Part shown: positions 1 to 9,131 of the stretch, one piece after another
Numbering within the stretch: the first letter of the stretch is position 1
Layout: every line of letters begins with the position of its first letter
Assembly (NCBI RefSeq): GCF_000018105.1
Contig: NC_009931.1
Span: 62,962-94,961 of the forward strand
From: Acaryochloris marina MBIC11017
Lineage (GTDB): Bacteria; Cyanobacteriota; Cyanobacteriia; Thermosynechococcales; Thermosynechococcaceae
Reading direction: 5' to 3'
Length of the DNA stretch: 32,000 nt
The notes under the pieces: model-generated
Told to the model about the DNA's origin: nothing
Databases searched by the model: none
What the model saw: the letters and a program-made list of their open reading frames with translations, nothing else
Made by a program: the position numbers and the translations under genes

Positions 1-1449
1 GGGTTCTACGTCCATCTCGGCCAAGCGGACAATGGCACTAGCCGCATCATTCGTGTGCAAAGTGGTTAACACCAAGTGCCCCGTGAGCGCGGCTTCAATA
101 GCAGTTTTGGCGGTTTCCTTGTCCCGTGTCTCACCCACGAGTAGGACATCAGGGTCTTGTCGGAGAAAGGCTCGCAGGATCGAGGCAAAGTCCATGCCTT
201 TTTCTCGCAGCACCTGCACCTGGGTAATCCCTGGCAGTGTATATTCAATCGGATCTTCAACGGTACTGATATTAACTTCGGGGGTATTGCGTTCCGTCAA
301 AGCCGAATACAAAGTGGTCGTTTTACCAGAACCCGTGGGACCCGTGACTAAAATTAGACCGAACGGACGATCGACCATGGACCTCACCAACTCCAGGCTC
401 ATTGGGTCATCAATCAAATTGTCGAGACCCAGCTGCATGGAAGAGTTGTCTAAGATCCGCAACACCACTTTCTCGCCATAGCGACTCGGCAAGGTGCTGA
501 CACGAAAGTCAACTTTACGTCCTTGAAACAGTCGAAGAATACGTCCATCCTGGGGCAGACGCCGTTCCGCAATATCTAAATTGGCAATGATTTTAAATCG
601 AGAGACCAGGGCAGGCGTAATTCGCCGTGGAAGAGGTTGGAAGGCGTTATGGAGGAGGCCGTCTTTCCGAAAGCGAACTCGCAGGTTTTCTTCTTGCGGT
701 TCAATATGAATATCCGAAATCTGATTCTGTAAGGCCTTCGCTAAAATCTTATTAACCAAAGAAATGATGGGTGCTGCATTTTCGTCTAGCAGTGCTTCAT
801 CTAAGTTGATGTCGGCATCATTGGTGGCCAGATCTTCAATGCCGCCTAAGCGATCGAGATCATCTTCCAGCCCATACTCAACGGGCAAATTCTCTTGGAT
901 CGTGGCTTGGCGTTTGGCTTGAGCGTCCAAAAACTTGGCGATCAACATTTGGTAAGTATCCAAATCCAGGACGACCCGTTGGAAGGTCATGCCATTGGAG
1001 CGCAATAAGTAGCCAATATCATCAATGGCGCTGAGGTGATCGGGATTGACCATACCGATCCGAACAACTGGCGGATCCTCTTCTTCATTGAGTGAAAGTG
1101 GTAACAACTGATAGCGACGGCAGTAGTCGAGGGGAATAACGGTGCGAATCAGCCGATCAATTTCATCGAAGTCAACTTGAGTAAGCTCAGGATCCAGACA
1201 CTCTAGGCCATAGAGGATTTTTAACTCAAAGAGTTGCTGGCGCTTGATCTGCCGTAACAAGCGGGGAGGAAGTGGCTTCCCCGTCATTTTCTGGAGAATC
1301 ACCAGCAGAGATCGACCTTTGCGCCGACTCTCATAAATCGCTTCGCGCAAGCGTGCTTGGTCTACATAACCACTTTTTATTAATTTTTCATTTGAAGGAG
1401 AAAAGTTATTTCTAACGAGTAAATCTCGCTTGGATGAGTCATTCCCCAT
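1..1449 (-). CDS. pilB: Type IV pilus assembly / type II secretion ATPase (GspE/PilB family); C-terminus runs off the window start
   Basis: The minus-strand frame is open from the ATG at 1449-1447 to position 1. It is absent from the ORF track because there is no stop inside the window. My translation reads MGNDSSKRDLLVRNNFSPSNEKLIKSGYVDQARL... It continues through GSPII_E N-domain-like segments, Walker A GPTGSGKTTT, LLVGETRD and TGHLVLTTLHTND, all typical of GspE/PilB hexameric ATPases. Confidence 0.9.
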   Translation of the reverse strand, partial: MGNDSSKRDLLVRNNFSPSNEKLIKSGYVDQARLREAIYESRRKGRSLLVILQKMTGKPLPPRLLRQIKRQQLFELKILYGLECLDPELTQVDFDEIDRLIRTVIPLDYCRRYQLLPLSLNEEEDPPVVRIGMVNPDHLSAIDDIGYLLRSNGMTFQRVVLDLDTYQMLIAKFLDAQAKRQATIQENLPVEYGLEDDLDRLGGIEDLATNDADINLDEALLDENAAPIISLVNKILAKALQNQISDIHIEPQEENLRVRFRKDGLLHNAFQPLPRRITPALVSRFKIIANLDIAERRLPQDGRILRLFQGRKVDFRVSTLPSRYGEKVVLRILDNSSMQLGLDNLIDDPMSLELVRSMVDRPFGLILVTGPTGSGKTTTLYSALTERNTPEVNISTVEDPIEYTLPGITQVQVLREKGMDFASILRAFLRQDPDVLLVGETRDKETAKTAIEAALTGHLVLTTLHTNDAASAIVRLAEMDVEP

Positions 1450-1619
1450 GAGATAAAAACGCTATAAATTTAACTGAATTTGAAGCTAAAAAACCGTGTA
1501 TTCACGAGTACATTAGGTTGTCGAAAACCCAAGGCCAATGCAGACTTACTCAGTCGCCACCTACCAATACCACAAATATCCTTTCGGCAGCAATTGTTGA
1601 CATGTTGCTCCCATGACAA

Positions 1620-2105
1620 TCAATACCTTCCCACACTGTAAGCTCTCAATTCTGTTGACATACAATCTTGGCATATACAGTTTATTTCTAGTTGTGGGCT
1701 CGCAAGATGAAAGCCTGCATCGCTAGTGTTTTTCTTTAGCAAATCCATAATTGGTGCGCTTATCGCGACTTCCTTAACTTTTTGGCATTGACCACAGATT
1801 AAAAATTGCGTCTGAGCATGTTCTTGTTCGCACTTTATGTGTTCGCAAGCGACATACTTATTGATCAGATCAAGGCGATGCACCAAGTTCTCTGCCATTA
1901 AAAACTCTAAAATTCGATACATAGACATGGCAGGCATGGTGTCACCCAATTCAGTTTTATAAGCCTCCACTAACTCATAAGCAGAGAGTGCTTTGCTCGA
2001 TTTAAGTAACAGTGATAGCGCTAGTTTTCTTTTTTTAGTTAAACGCGAGCCGTTTTCTTTACAGCGTCGCTCTGCGTGATCGATCACCCGTTGAATAGCA
2101 TCCAT
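1620..2105 (-). CDS. Fur-family metalloregulator, proteobacterial Zur-like architecture
   Basis: 161-aa ORF. It has a long N-terminal helix (AERRCKENGSRLTKKRKLALSLL) followed by a winged helix (SAYELVEAY...MYRILEFLMAENLVHRL). Cys/His ligands are present (CEHIKCEQEH, CGQC, CICQDC). The overall layout resembles E. coli-type Zur more than the cyanobacterial Zur at 8585. It lies downstream of a COG0523 gene on the same strand. Confidence 0.75.
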   Translation of the reverse strand: MDAIQRVIDHAERRCKENGSRLTKKRKLALSLLLKSSKALSAYELVEAYKTELGDTMPAMSMYRILEFLMAENLVHRLDLINKYVACEHIKCEQEHAQTQFLICGQCQKVKEVAISAPIMDLLKKNTSDAGFHLASPQLEINCICQDCMSTELRAYSVGRY

Positions 2106-2353
2106 TCTTTATCTCAATGAAATTGCATTTTTAGTAGAGGCCAACGTTACTGTGCTCTGCTTGATTTCTGTTGCCCGCATCACATCACTTTTTTACTCCG
2201 GGGAACTTCAATAAATAGGGCCATTACACAAGTCAATCTTTAAGGCCTTTACAGCTAAAACACTAGCTCGCAGATATTTCGCTGTGGGCACTTTCATCAT
2301 GTTCTTCTGAGTTCATTACATCTGTTAAAAGTGAGTAATTCATATTAGTGAAC

Positions 2354-3562
2354 TCATGCGCTGTGACCCCACTCAGGAAATGGGTCGTTTAATGATTTCC
2401 AATAAGTGTGGCCCCGCACAATTTCTTCCTCGCTTAATAGACATTCATCAAGCGCTTGTGTGATGCGTTCTTTATCCAAACCCTGGCCGATAAAAACTAG
2501 CTCCTGACGCATATCACCAAAAGGCTCTACCCATTGCTTTTTAATTGCGGCGAGATATTCTTCGTCTTGCGGCCAGTTTTCCTTGGGTACGGCTTTCCAG
2601 AACATCCCTGCGACACCGTGGCGAGCTATGCCTCCAGCCTGACTCCAGTGACCCGCAAACTGAGGGCGCGAAGCTAGCCAGAAGTACCCTTTAGAACGGA
2701 TTAACTTACCGTATTTGTCTCTACTGGACAGAAACTGGTAAAACTTTTCTGGATGGAAAGGTCGTCGCGCAACGTAGCTAAAACTGCCTATGCCGTATTC
2801 TTCGGTTTCAGGGACATGCTCACCTCGCATCTCCTTGAGCCAACCAGCCGCTTGTTGTGCGCGCTCGAAATCGAATAATCCGGTGCTAAGCACATGATCA
2901 ATATTAACTTGGCCTTGAGCAATCGGTACTATTTTCGCGTGCGTATTCAGCGTTTTAAGAATGGCTGTTAAGCGTTCGATATCAGAAGGGAGCACCAAGT
3001 CGGTTTTGCTTATGAGAATGACGTCGGCGAACTCCACTTGATCGACCAGCAAATCGGCGACACTGCGTTCATCTTCTTCACCCAAAGATTCACCCGTATC
3101 CTTTAAGGATCGCGCCTTTTCATAGTCCTCCAGAAAATTGACTGCATCGACCACGGTCACCATTGTGTCTAGATCGGCAACATCAGAAAGCGAAGCGCCA
3201 TCTTCATCCGTAAAGGTAAAAGTTTCAGCTACAGGTAAAGGTTCAGAAATACCAGTGGATTCAATTACTAAATAATCAAAGCGACCCTCCCGTGCAAGCT
3301 TGTTAACTTCCTCAAGCAAATCTTCCCGTAAGGTGCAACAAATGCAGCCATTACTCATTTCAACAAGCTTTTCCTCGCTGCGGTTGAGAGAAACTTCACT
3401 TTGTACAATCGCCGAATCAATGTTGATTTCACTCATATCATTGACAATTACGGCGACCTTCTTGCCTTCCCGGTTGTTCAGAATGTGGCTCAGCACGGTG
3501 GTTTTACCGGCCCCAAGGAAACCTGAGAGTACGGTGACGGGGAGTTTGTTTGTATGTCTCAT
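2354..3562 (-). CDS. COG0523/CobW-family G3E GTPase, ZigA/YeiR-like putative zinc metallochaperone
   Basis: 402-aa ORF. It has the P-loop [11 protein letters not shown], the signature metal motif [21 protein letters not shown] and SKTDL. The long CobW C-terminal domain ([20 protein letters not shown]) is typical of ~400-aa ZigA-type proteins. Confidence 0.9.
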   Translation of the reverse strand: MRHTNKLPVTVLSGFLGAGKTTVLSHILNNREGKKVAVIVNDMSEINIDSAIVQSEVSLNRSEEKLVEMSNGCICCTLREDLLEEVNKLAREGRFDYLVIESTGISEPLPVAETFTFTDEDGASLSDVADLDTMVTVVDAVNFLEDYEKARSLKDTGESLGEEDERSVADLLVDQVEFADVILISKTDLVLPSDIERLTAILKTLNTHAKIVPIAQGQVNIDHVLSTGLFDFERAQQAAGWLKEMRGEHVPETEEYGIGSFSYVARRPFHPEKFYQFLSSRDKYGKLIRSKGYFWLASRPQFAGHWSQAGGIARHGVAGMFWKAVPKENWPQDEEYLAAIKKQWVEPFGDMRQELVFIGQGLDKERITQALDECLLSEEEIVRGHTYWKSLNDPFPEWGHSA

Positions 3563-3626
3563 TGATTTCTATTACATTTCAATATGGTTCGTCTTTGGTT
3601 TGGCCAACTGATTGAATATTGAAAAC

Positions 3627-3652
3627 AAATGATATGATACATCGTATCATTT
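3627..3652. promoter_or_regulatory. Candidate Fur-family (Zur-type) operator upstream of the COG0523 gene
   Basis: The sequence is AAATGATATGATACATCGTATCATTT. It contains the 7-3-7 palindrome ATGATAC-atc-GTATCAT (3634-3650), nested in outer arms AAATGATA/TATCATTT. It lies about 70-90 nt upstream of the start at 3562. Confidence 0.45.
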
Positions 3653-4083
3653 TATTCTTTTGAATTTCGTGGAGCAGCCTAAAAGTCACTGTCTGTAACC
3701 ATTCGTTGGCCCAGTAATCAGTAGATGGAGCATGATAGCCCTCTCGTTTAGGCTTAAAGATCGCGAATCTGCATCCAAGTACCACGTGATCGTTGAAAGC
3801 TATATCTAGTAAGCATCCTTGGAAAATTTCCAAAAACTTTCCTGAGAACGGCAATTTATTGGAAAGTTTTTATTTTTTGATCCAAGCCGTGTTGTTCTAT
3901 CACAGGCATTTCTCAGAATAAATCTTGTCTAGAAGTTATTAGGCAACATTTATTACTTTGATTTTTGATTAATATTTAGATGTGGGTACTTACAGTTATG
4001 AATACTAGGTTTCACATAGATGTTTTTTGACCCCAGATGTTCCTTCTTAGAGATGGCTAGCACTTTTCTGTAGGTACTTATAG

Positions 4084-4509
4084 ATGCAACAACAAGCAGA
4101 TAAAATTATCCAAACTTTAAAAGCGAAAGGCCTGCGAGTCACACCCCAGCGTTTTGCAGTCTATGCAGACTTACTAGCTCGCTCAGACCACCCAACTGCG
4201 GAGCAAATTACGAATCATCTGAATCAAGATGGACCTACCTCTTCTCAGGCAACGGTCTACTCCTCACTCCAGGCCTTACGCGAAGTGGGGCTTGTTCGAG
4301 AGGTTCTCTTAGAAGAAGGTGTTTGTCGTTATGATGCCAATATCGAACCTCACCATCACTTCCGATGTCAGTCTTGTGGAGCGATTGAGGATATTGCCTG
4401 GGATCAGCTTCAGGATTTAGATTTTAAGGCGCTTCGCCCTGGGTTACAGGTCACTCATTATGAGATCACGGTACATGGTGGATATTGCAATCGCTGCCAC
4501 CCCGAATAA
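4084..4509 (+). CDS. Fur-family regulator, PerR-like
   Basis: 141-aa ORF. LRVTPQRFAVYADLL...HPTAEQI forms the winged helix. It also has VYSSLQALREVGLV, the HHHFRCQSCG motif and a C-terminal CNRC pair. The arrangement resembles PerR/FurC-type paralogs. Confidence 0.75.
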   Translation: MQQQADKIIQTLKAKGLRVTPQRFAVYADLLARSDHPTAEQITNHLNQDGPTSSQATVYSSLQALREVGLVREVLLEEGVCRYDANIEPHHHFRCQSCGAIEDIAWDQLQDLDFKALRPGLQVTHYEITVHGGYCNRCHPE

Positions 4510-4662
4510 AAGCAAAAAGCGTTTAGATACCCCGTTAATCTTATATCCTGCAATCGCAGAGTGATGACCCATTACCAATGATTTGCCCAGGACTTTTCGC
4601 AATTTTTCCCAGACTTAATTCACCATTGACAAGCCCTTGATTCAGATGGGTAGTAAGGACCG

Positions 4663-5091
4663 CTAACATTGAGGACAGATGGCATGAATTGATAATTGAC
4701 AATCTAACAGATGAAATCCTAATTTTTTGGCTGTCTTGGAACCGATTTTCAGAACAGCATCACTTTTAAACTCAATGGTTTCATTGCATTTAACACAAAT
4801 TAGATGGTGATGATGGTGGGGATAGGGCTGATTCAGTTCATAGTGTTTATGACCTTCAGCTAATTCTAACTCTCGCAAAATCCCCATGCGAGCCATTAAT
4901 TTCACCGTTCGATAAATGGTCGATAAACTAATGGGCTTACCCTGTTCTTGCAGGAGAGTATCTAAATCTTCGGCACTCAAATGTTTGCCTTTTTCGAGGT
5001 CTATAAACACATTAAGAATGGTTTCCCGCTGAGGGGTGAGGCGCCAACCTCGATCGTTCAGTTCTGCTTTGAGCGAGTTAGCGTCGTACAT
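4663..5091 (-). CDS. fur: Ferric uptake regulator Fur (cyanobacterial FurA type)
   Basis: 142-aa ORF. The N-terminus SLKAELNDRGWRLTPQRETIL, the segment LSTIYRTVKLMARMGILRELELAEGHKHYEL, the His run PHHHHHLICVKCN and the C-terminal CPQC closely match what I recall of the cyanobacterial Fur sequences (Synechocystis sll0567 / Anabaena FurA). Confidence 0.9.
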   Translation of the reverse strand: MYDANSLKAELNDRGWRLTPQRETILNVFIDLEKGKHLSAEDLDTLLQEQGKPISLSTIYRTVKLMARMGILRELELAEGHKHYELNQPYPHHHHHLICVKCNETIEFKSDAVLKIGSKTAKKLGFHLLDCQLSIHAICPQC

Positions 5092-5428
5092 AGTCTTTTC
5101 TCAAGAACATAAGCTTATTGAAAGTCTAACTATACATGGATGCTTTAGCAACAAGAAGATTTTATTGAGAAAAGAATAGCGGATTTTTTGCTCTCTGTAA
5201 TTGCTGATCGCCTGCATTAACAGGGTGTTTGAGCGATCAACCTTATCCTTGCTCAGCGATATGAAGCGCTAGTCCAGCCCCATTTAGAGTCCCAATCTGA
5301 CTGATGGTGACAGATTTTACTATGCTAAATCTCGGCTCTATGGACTTTCCCTAGAATTTAGTCCACCAGCTTATGCTTATCCGTTCTGTACCAGATGGGA
5401 TGGGGGCGTTGGCTGATTCTAAAAAATT

Positions 5429-5449
5429 ATGATAATGATAATCATTATA
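5429..5449. promoter_or_regulatory. Fur-box-like operator, copy 1 (upstream of the flavoprotein/FeoB-like operon)
   Basis: ATGATAATGATAATCATTATA. Positions 5431-5449 match the classical 19-bp Fur consensus GATAATGATAATCATTATC at 18 of 19 positions. The site ends about 30 nt upstream of the ATG at 5479. Confidence 0.7.
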
Positions 5450-5478
5450 TTAAACTCTTGCTGGCAGCAAGTCTATCC

Positions 5479-6600
5479 ATGAAAGAGACAAATTCTTCCT
5501 ATGACGTGGTGATAGTCGGTGCAGGGCCAGCCGGGGTCGGTTGTGCGGTTGCACTTCAAGAGCTGGGACTAGAAAACTTTATCTTGTTGGAACGACAGCA
5601 GGTAGGAGCCTCCTTTAGCCGCTGGCCAACGGAGATGAACTTGATAACCCCCTCGTTTCCGAGTCATGGTTTTGGCCTACTTGATCTCAATGCCATTACC
5701 CTGAAAACATCGCCAGCGATTGCCTTTCGCCGAGAACATCTTAATGGCCAGCAGTATGCGCTCTATTTGCAAACGGTGGTCAACCACTTCCAGTTACCTG
5801 TGAAGACAGGAACGGACGTTTTGGCAATTAAGCCCCTTTCTCAGTGTCGCGGCTTTATCCTCAAGACTTCTGGCGGAGACGTCAAAACCCAGTTTGTGAT
5901 CTGGGCTGCTGGGGAATTCCAATACCCAAGGTTAAATCCATTTGTGGGAGCAGACCATTGCATTCACAATTCTCAGATTCGCTCTTGGAAAAATTTGCCA
6001 GGGGATGAATTTACGATCATCGGTGGCTATGAAAGTGGTATGGATGCCGCGACCCACTTAGTCGAATTAGGGAAGAAGGTCAGGGTTTTAGATCGGACTG
6101 GGGCTTGGGACAACCCGGATACTGATCCGAGTATTGCGTTGTCACCCTATACAGTGCAGCGTGTAAAGCTAGCCACTCAAACGGGTCGCCTCAAACTGAT
6201 CGGCAATGTCTCCATTGAGGAAGTCAAAAAAGTGTCAGAGGGCTATGCCGTTTTCAGCAAATACGAGAAATGGCTGACAGTTCATCCCCCGATTCTGTGT
6301 ACTGGTTTTGAGACCAGCTTGCAGCAGATTGCGTCGCTGTTCGATTGGACGGAGGGTTATGCCATGTTGAATGATCAAGATGAGTCTACTCTGACGCCAG
6401 GTCTCTTTGTGGCTGGCCCCTCAGTCCGTCATCACAACGTTATTTTTTGCTTTATCTATAAATTTCGCCAGCGGTTTGCGGTAGTGGCTGATGCGATCGC
6501 ACGCCGTTTAGACCTTGACCCTGCACCATTAGAAATCTACCGCCGGCAAGGCATGTTTCTAGATGACCTGTCTTGTTGCGACAACGACTGTATCTGCTAA
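5479..6600 (+). CDS. FAD/NAD(P)-dependent oxidoreductase (CzcO/YpdA-like flavoprotein) with a C-terminal Cys-rich tail
   Basis: The tracked ORF is 5395-6600. I moved the start to the ATG at 5479 because the upstream 84 nt contain the operator. It has the dinucleotide-binding motif YDVVIVGAGPAGVGCAVAL and a second Rossmann-like segment FTIIGGYESGMDAATHL. The protein ends in LSCCDNDCIC. Confidence 0.8.
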   Translation: MKETNSSYDVVIVGAGPAGVGCAVALQELGLENFILLERQQVGASFSRWPTEMNLITPSFPSHGFGLLDLNAITLKTSPAIAFRREHLNGQQYALYLQTVVNHFQLPVKTGTDVLAIKPLSQCRGFILKTSGGDVKTQFVIWAAGEFQYPRLNPFVGADHCIHNSQIRSWKNLPGDEFTIIGGYESGMDAATHLVELGKKVRVLDRTGAWDNPDTDPSIALSPYTVQRVKLATQTGRLKLIGNVSIEEVKKVSEGYAVFSKYEKWLTVHPPILCTGFETSLQQIASLFDWTEGYAMLNDQDESTLTPGLFVAGPSVRHHNVIFCFIYKFRQRFAVVADAIARRLDLDPAPLEIYRRQGMFLDDLSCCDNDCIC

Positions 6601-6644
6601 CCCCTGTATCTGCTGAAAAATTTCTAAGTTGCTCAACATCCGCT

Positions 6645-8324
6645 ATGCCCCTGCTTACTTCACCAGCTCAGCGTTCTATCGTCGTAATCGGTAAAGAGAA
6701 TACGGGCAAATCTCAACTGGTTGCCTCGCTCACGGGATGTTTGCCCGACAGCATTAACTTCCGAGGCTCTACGATTGCCTGTGACACCTATATCGGAGGC
6801 GGACTGACTGTTGTGGATACCCCCGGTATTTTGTACCGTTCTGATCGGGTCACCACTCAAGCTGCACTGGCCCAATTAGAAACCCATGACACCGTGTTGT
6901 TGGTGATCAAAGCAACCCATATTGATGAAGATCTAGCGGATTTATGGCCCTTGGTGGTGGGGAAGCGGGGCATTGTTGTGATCACGTTTTGGGACAAAGC
7001 GTCTCAAGCTGGGTTTACCCAGCAGATTGTTCAATGCTGGGACCAAACCTCGAATCTGGCGTTTATCCCCGTTGATGCCAGACATCTAACCCCAGCCCAA
7101 CACCACGACATTCGGGCAGCCTTGCAAGAGCCGACTATATTTTCCCCAGAATGGCAACCCATTCCCACGGGATGGCGAATTGAACCGCGACCAACGGTGT
7201 TAGAACATCCACAGTTTGGCTGGCTGGTAGCGATCAGTTTTCTATTGCTGCCGACCCTACTTGCGGTGTGGTTTGCCAATAGTTTCGCAGCAGTTGCCGA
7301 TCCTCTGATGCAAGCGCTGCTCCAACCTCTAGTAGACGTTCTGGCTAATATACCTCTGTCTTTGCCCAGGGAAATGCTGATTGGGCGTTATGGCTTGCTA
7401 ACCATGGGACCGTTGCTATGGGTCTGGGCTGTACCGACCGTTATTCTCTATGCCTTATGTCTGGGAACTTACAAGGCCAGTGGCTTGGTAGAGCGAATCA
7501 CGGTTGCCCTCCATCCCCTGTTGCACCCCTTGGGTTTATCTGGACGGGATTTGGTGCGGGTCGTGATGGGATTTGGCTGTAATGTGCCAGCGGTGATCAG
7601 TACCCGTGCCTGTTCGAGTTGCGCTCGCCAAACATGTATGTCGGCGATTGCCTTTGGTTCTGCCTGTTCGTATCAATTCGGTGCCACCCTGGCAGTGTTT
7701 AGTGCAGCCCATCGGCCTAGTTTGGTGATTCCCTACCTGGGTTATCTCACTGTGACAACGCTGATTTACACTCGCTTGCTTGCCCCCAAGTCGGCTCGTT
7801 CGTCTCACAACCGGCTGATGATTGAACACCGCACATTTTTGGAAAGGCCCCGCTGGGCCACCATCTGGCGAGAAACCCAGGGCATGCTTCATCAGTTTTT
7901 TACCAGTGCTATTCCCATTTTTGTGGCCATTACCTTGATCGCGTCGCTTTTAGACGAGCTGAGTCTTCTGACTGCTGCTGCATCGATCATCCATCCCCTA
8001 ATGCAGATCTTTCGCCTCCCTCCAGAAGCAGCGTTGCCCATGATCCTGGCCTCTATTCGCAAAGATGGTCTGCTGCTCATTGCTGAACCTGAAACCCTCT
8101 CTGCTCTCACACCACTGCAGATTCTCACAGGGGTGTACCTGGCAGGTGTTTTATTGCCTTGTTTGGTCACGGCACTGACGATTGCCCGAGAACAGTCTCT
8201 CCGATTTGCCCTGGCGTTAATGGGTCGCCAGGCAATCATGGCAACTTGCTTCTCCTTGATCTTGGCCTGGGGTGGATACTGGTGCTCGAGTGCATTAGCC
8301 AACGTGGTGTTCCCCTTGCCTTAA
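6645..8324 (+). CDS. feoB: FeoB-family GTPase-permease (ferrous iron transporter-like); no feoA present
   Basis: The tracked ORF is 6573-8324. The ATG at 6645 avoids overlap with the upstream gene. The N-terminal G domain has VIGKENTGKS (G1) and VVDTPG (G3). The polytopic membrane part carries the FeoB gate signature GFGCNVPAVISTRAC. Confidence 0.8.
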   Translation: MPLLTSPAQRSIVVIGKENTGKSQLVASLTGCLPDSINFRGSTIACDTYIGGGLTVVDTPGILYRSDRVTTQAALAQLETHDTVLLVIKATHIDEDLADLWPLVVGKRGIVVITFWDKASQAGFTQQIVQCWDQTSNLAFIPVDARHLTPAQHHDIRAALQEPTIFSPEWQPIPTGWRIEPRPTVLEHPQFGWLVAISFLLLPTLLAVWFANSFAAVADPLMQALLQPLVDVLANIPLSLPREMLIGRYGLLTMGPLLWVWAVPTVILYALCLGTYKASGLVERITVALHPLLHPLGLSGRDLVRVVMGFGCNVPAVISTRACSSCARQTCMSAIAFGSACSYQFGATLAVFSAAHRPSLVIPYLGYLTVTTLIYTRLLAPKSARSSHNRLMIEHRTFLERPRWATIWRETQGMLHQFFTSAIPIFVAITLIASLLDELSLLTAAASIIHPLMQIFRLPPEAALPMILASIRKDGLLLIAEPETLSALTPLQILTGVYLAGVLLPCLVTALTIAREQSLRFALALMGRQAIMATCFSLILAWGGYWCSSALANVVFPLP

Positions 8325-8451
8325 TAGCGGTTCACCCTTGAGCGTAACCCATTGTTTCTAAACTCTAGGAAGAGGTTGGAAGATGCGATCACGCTTGGGC
8401 CACCATTGATCCTCTGCAACCGCCTGCGGTACTTAACCCGACGAGACTTGC

Positions 8452-8543
8452 CAGGGGTTAGGGTTGAATCTTGGTATCAGCAGCCTCTCAAGCAAAGCCG
8501 CTATTATAAAATGATAATGATAATCATTCTGATAACTCTTGAG
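8452..8543 (+). repeat. About 90-bp promoter/operator module, copy A
   Basis: The sequence is caGGGGTTAGGGTTGAATCTTG...CTCTCAAGC...TATAAAATGATAATGATAATCATTCTGATAACTCTTGAG. It is near-identical to 10377-10467: about 80 of 90 positions by eye, with one 1-nt indel. Confidence 0.9.
8511..8528. promoter_or_regulatory. Fur-box-like operator, copy 2 (upstream of zur)
   Basis: The exact 18-mer ATGATAATGATAATCATT. It contains the 6-1-6 palindrome AATGAT-A-ATCATT and overlaps a -10-like TAAAAT (8507-8512). It lies about 57-63 nt upstream of the 8585/8591 start. Confidence 0.7.
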
Positions 8544-8584
8544 ATCTGCAATCACACTGTTCTCATTCAAGATGCAATAAGAAG

Positions 8585-8980
8585 GTGAGTATGCCAGAGA
8601 AACTAACTCCCAATCAGCGACGCGTGTTGGAAGTCCTCTTTTCCACTCCTCAAGAATTCTCTGCCCAAGATCTGCATAAAGAATTCAAAAAGCAGCAACA
8701 AAGAGTGGGATTGGCAACGGTTTACCGTGCCCTTAAGGTCCTTCAGAAGTGTGGAAAAGTGCACACGCGCTTGTTACAGAATGGAGAAGCGGTTTATAGT
8801 ATTCCCTCTGCTCATCAACATCATCTAACCTGTGTGAGCTGTGGCAGTTCCATGCCTTTAATGAACGGTCCAGTCCACGAGTTAGAAAAGGAACTTGCCC
8901 AAACACAGAAATTTCAAGTTTTTTACCACACCCTAGAAGTCTTTGGTCTGTGTCAGAACTGCATTGAAGCAAAGGTTTAA
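8585..8980 (+). CDS. zur: Fur-family zinc uptake regulator (cyanobacterial Zur/FurB type)
   Basis: 131-aa ORF with a GTG at 8585 and an alternative ATG at 8591. LTPNQRRVLEVL...FSAQDLHKEF...GLATVYRALKVLQKCGKV, then HQHHLTCVSCG and a C-terminal CQNC. It resembles Synechocystis/Anabaena Zur as I recall them. Confidence 0.8.
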   Translation: MSMPEKLTPNQRRVLEVLFSTPQEFSAQDLHKEFKKQQQRVGLATVYRALKVLQKCGKVHTRLLQNGEAVYSIPSAHQHHLTCVSCGSSMPLMNGPVHELEKELAQTQKFQVFYHTLEVFGLCQNCIEAKV

Positions 8981-9131
8981 GCCAGAAGAAAGGTGATTAG
9001 GTGAGCCTAAATCTCCTTGACTTCATAACACCGGGTATCTAACTGATTGCTTATCAAAAACGCCAGCTCTTTGAAGGTTATAATGATGCCACCTTTGCGA
9101 CAACCCACGTTCTTCGGCTCTCTCTGACTTC

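Noticed and set aside
32-481. Plus-strand ORF 32-481 and the small ORFs 66-260 (-) and 157-351 (+)
   Set aside because: They lie entirely inside the strongly supported minus-strand pilB/gspE reading frame. Their translations are low-complexity shadows with no motifs.
3579-3854. 91-aa minus-strand ORF in the COG0523/PerR-like intergenic region
   Set aside because: It has a TTG start and no ribosome-binding site. It overlaps the candidate operator/promoter of the COG0523 gene, and I recognised no motif. It is most likely non-coding.
5395-5478. N-terminal extension of the flavoprotein ORF as given in the track (start 5395)
   Set aside because: The extension translates the Fur-box-like operator itself (..KNYDNDNHYIK..). 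The Rossmann motif begins right after the internal ATG at 5479, so I use the shorter start.
6660-8341. Antisense and out-of-frame ORFs within feoB (6660-6875, 7031-7279, 7536-7892, 7892-8302, 8159-8341)
   Set aside because: These are shadows of the relatively GC-rich FeoB-like coding frame. They are Arg/Gly/Ser-rich nonsense with no motifs.
8352-8588. ORF 8352-8588 (+) and ORF 10428-10643 (-), which contain MIMIIILI/GMIIIIIL runs
   Set aside because: Both are translations of the duplicated promoter/operator module. The Ile/Met runs come from the ATGATAATGATAATCATT operator. They are not genes.
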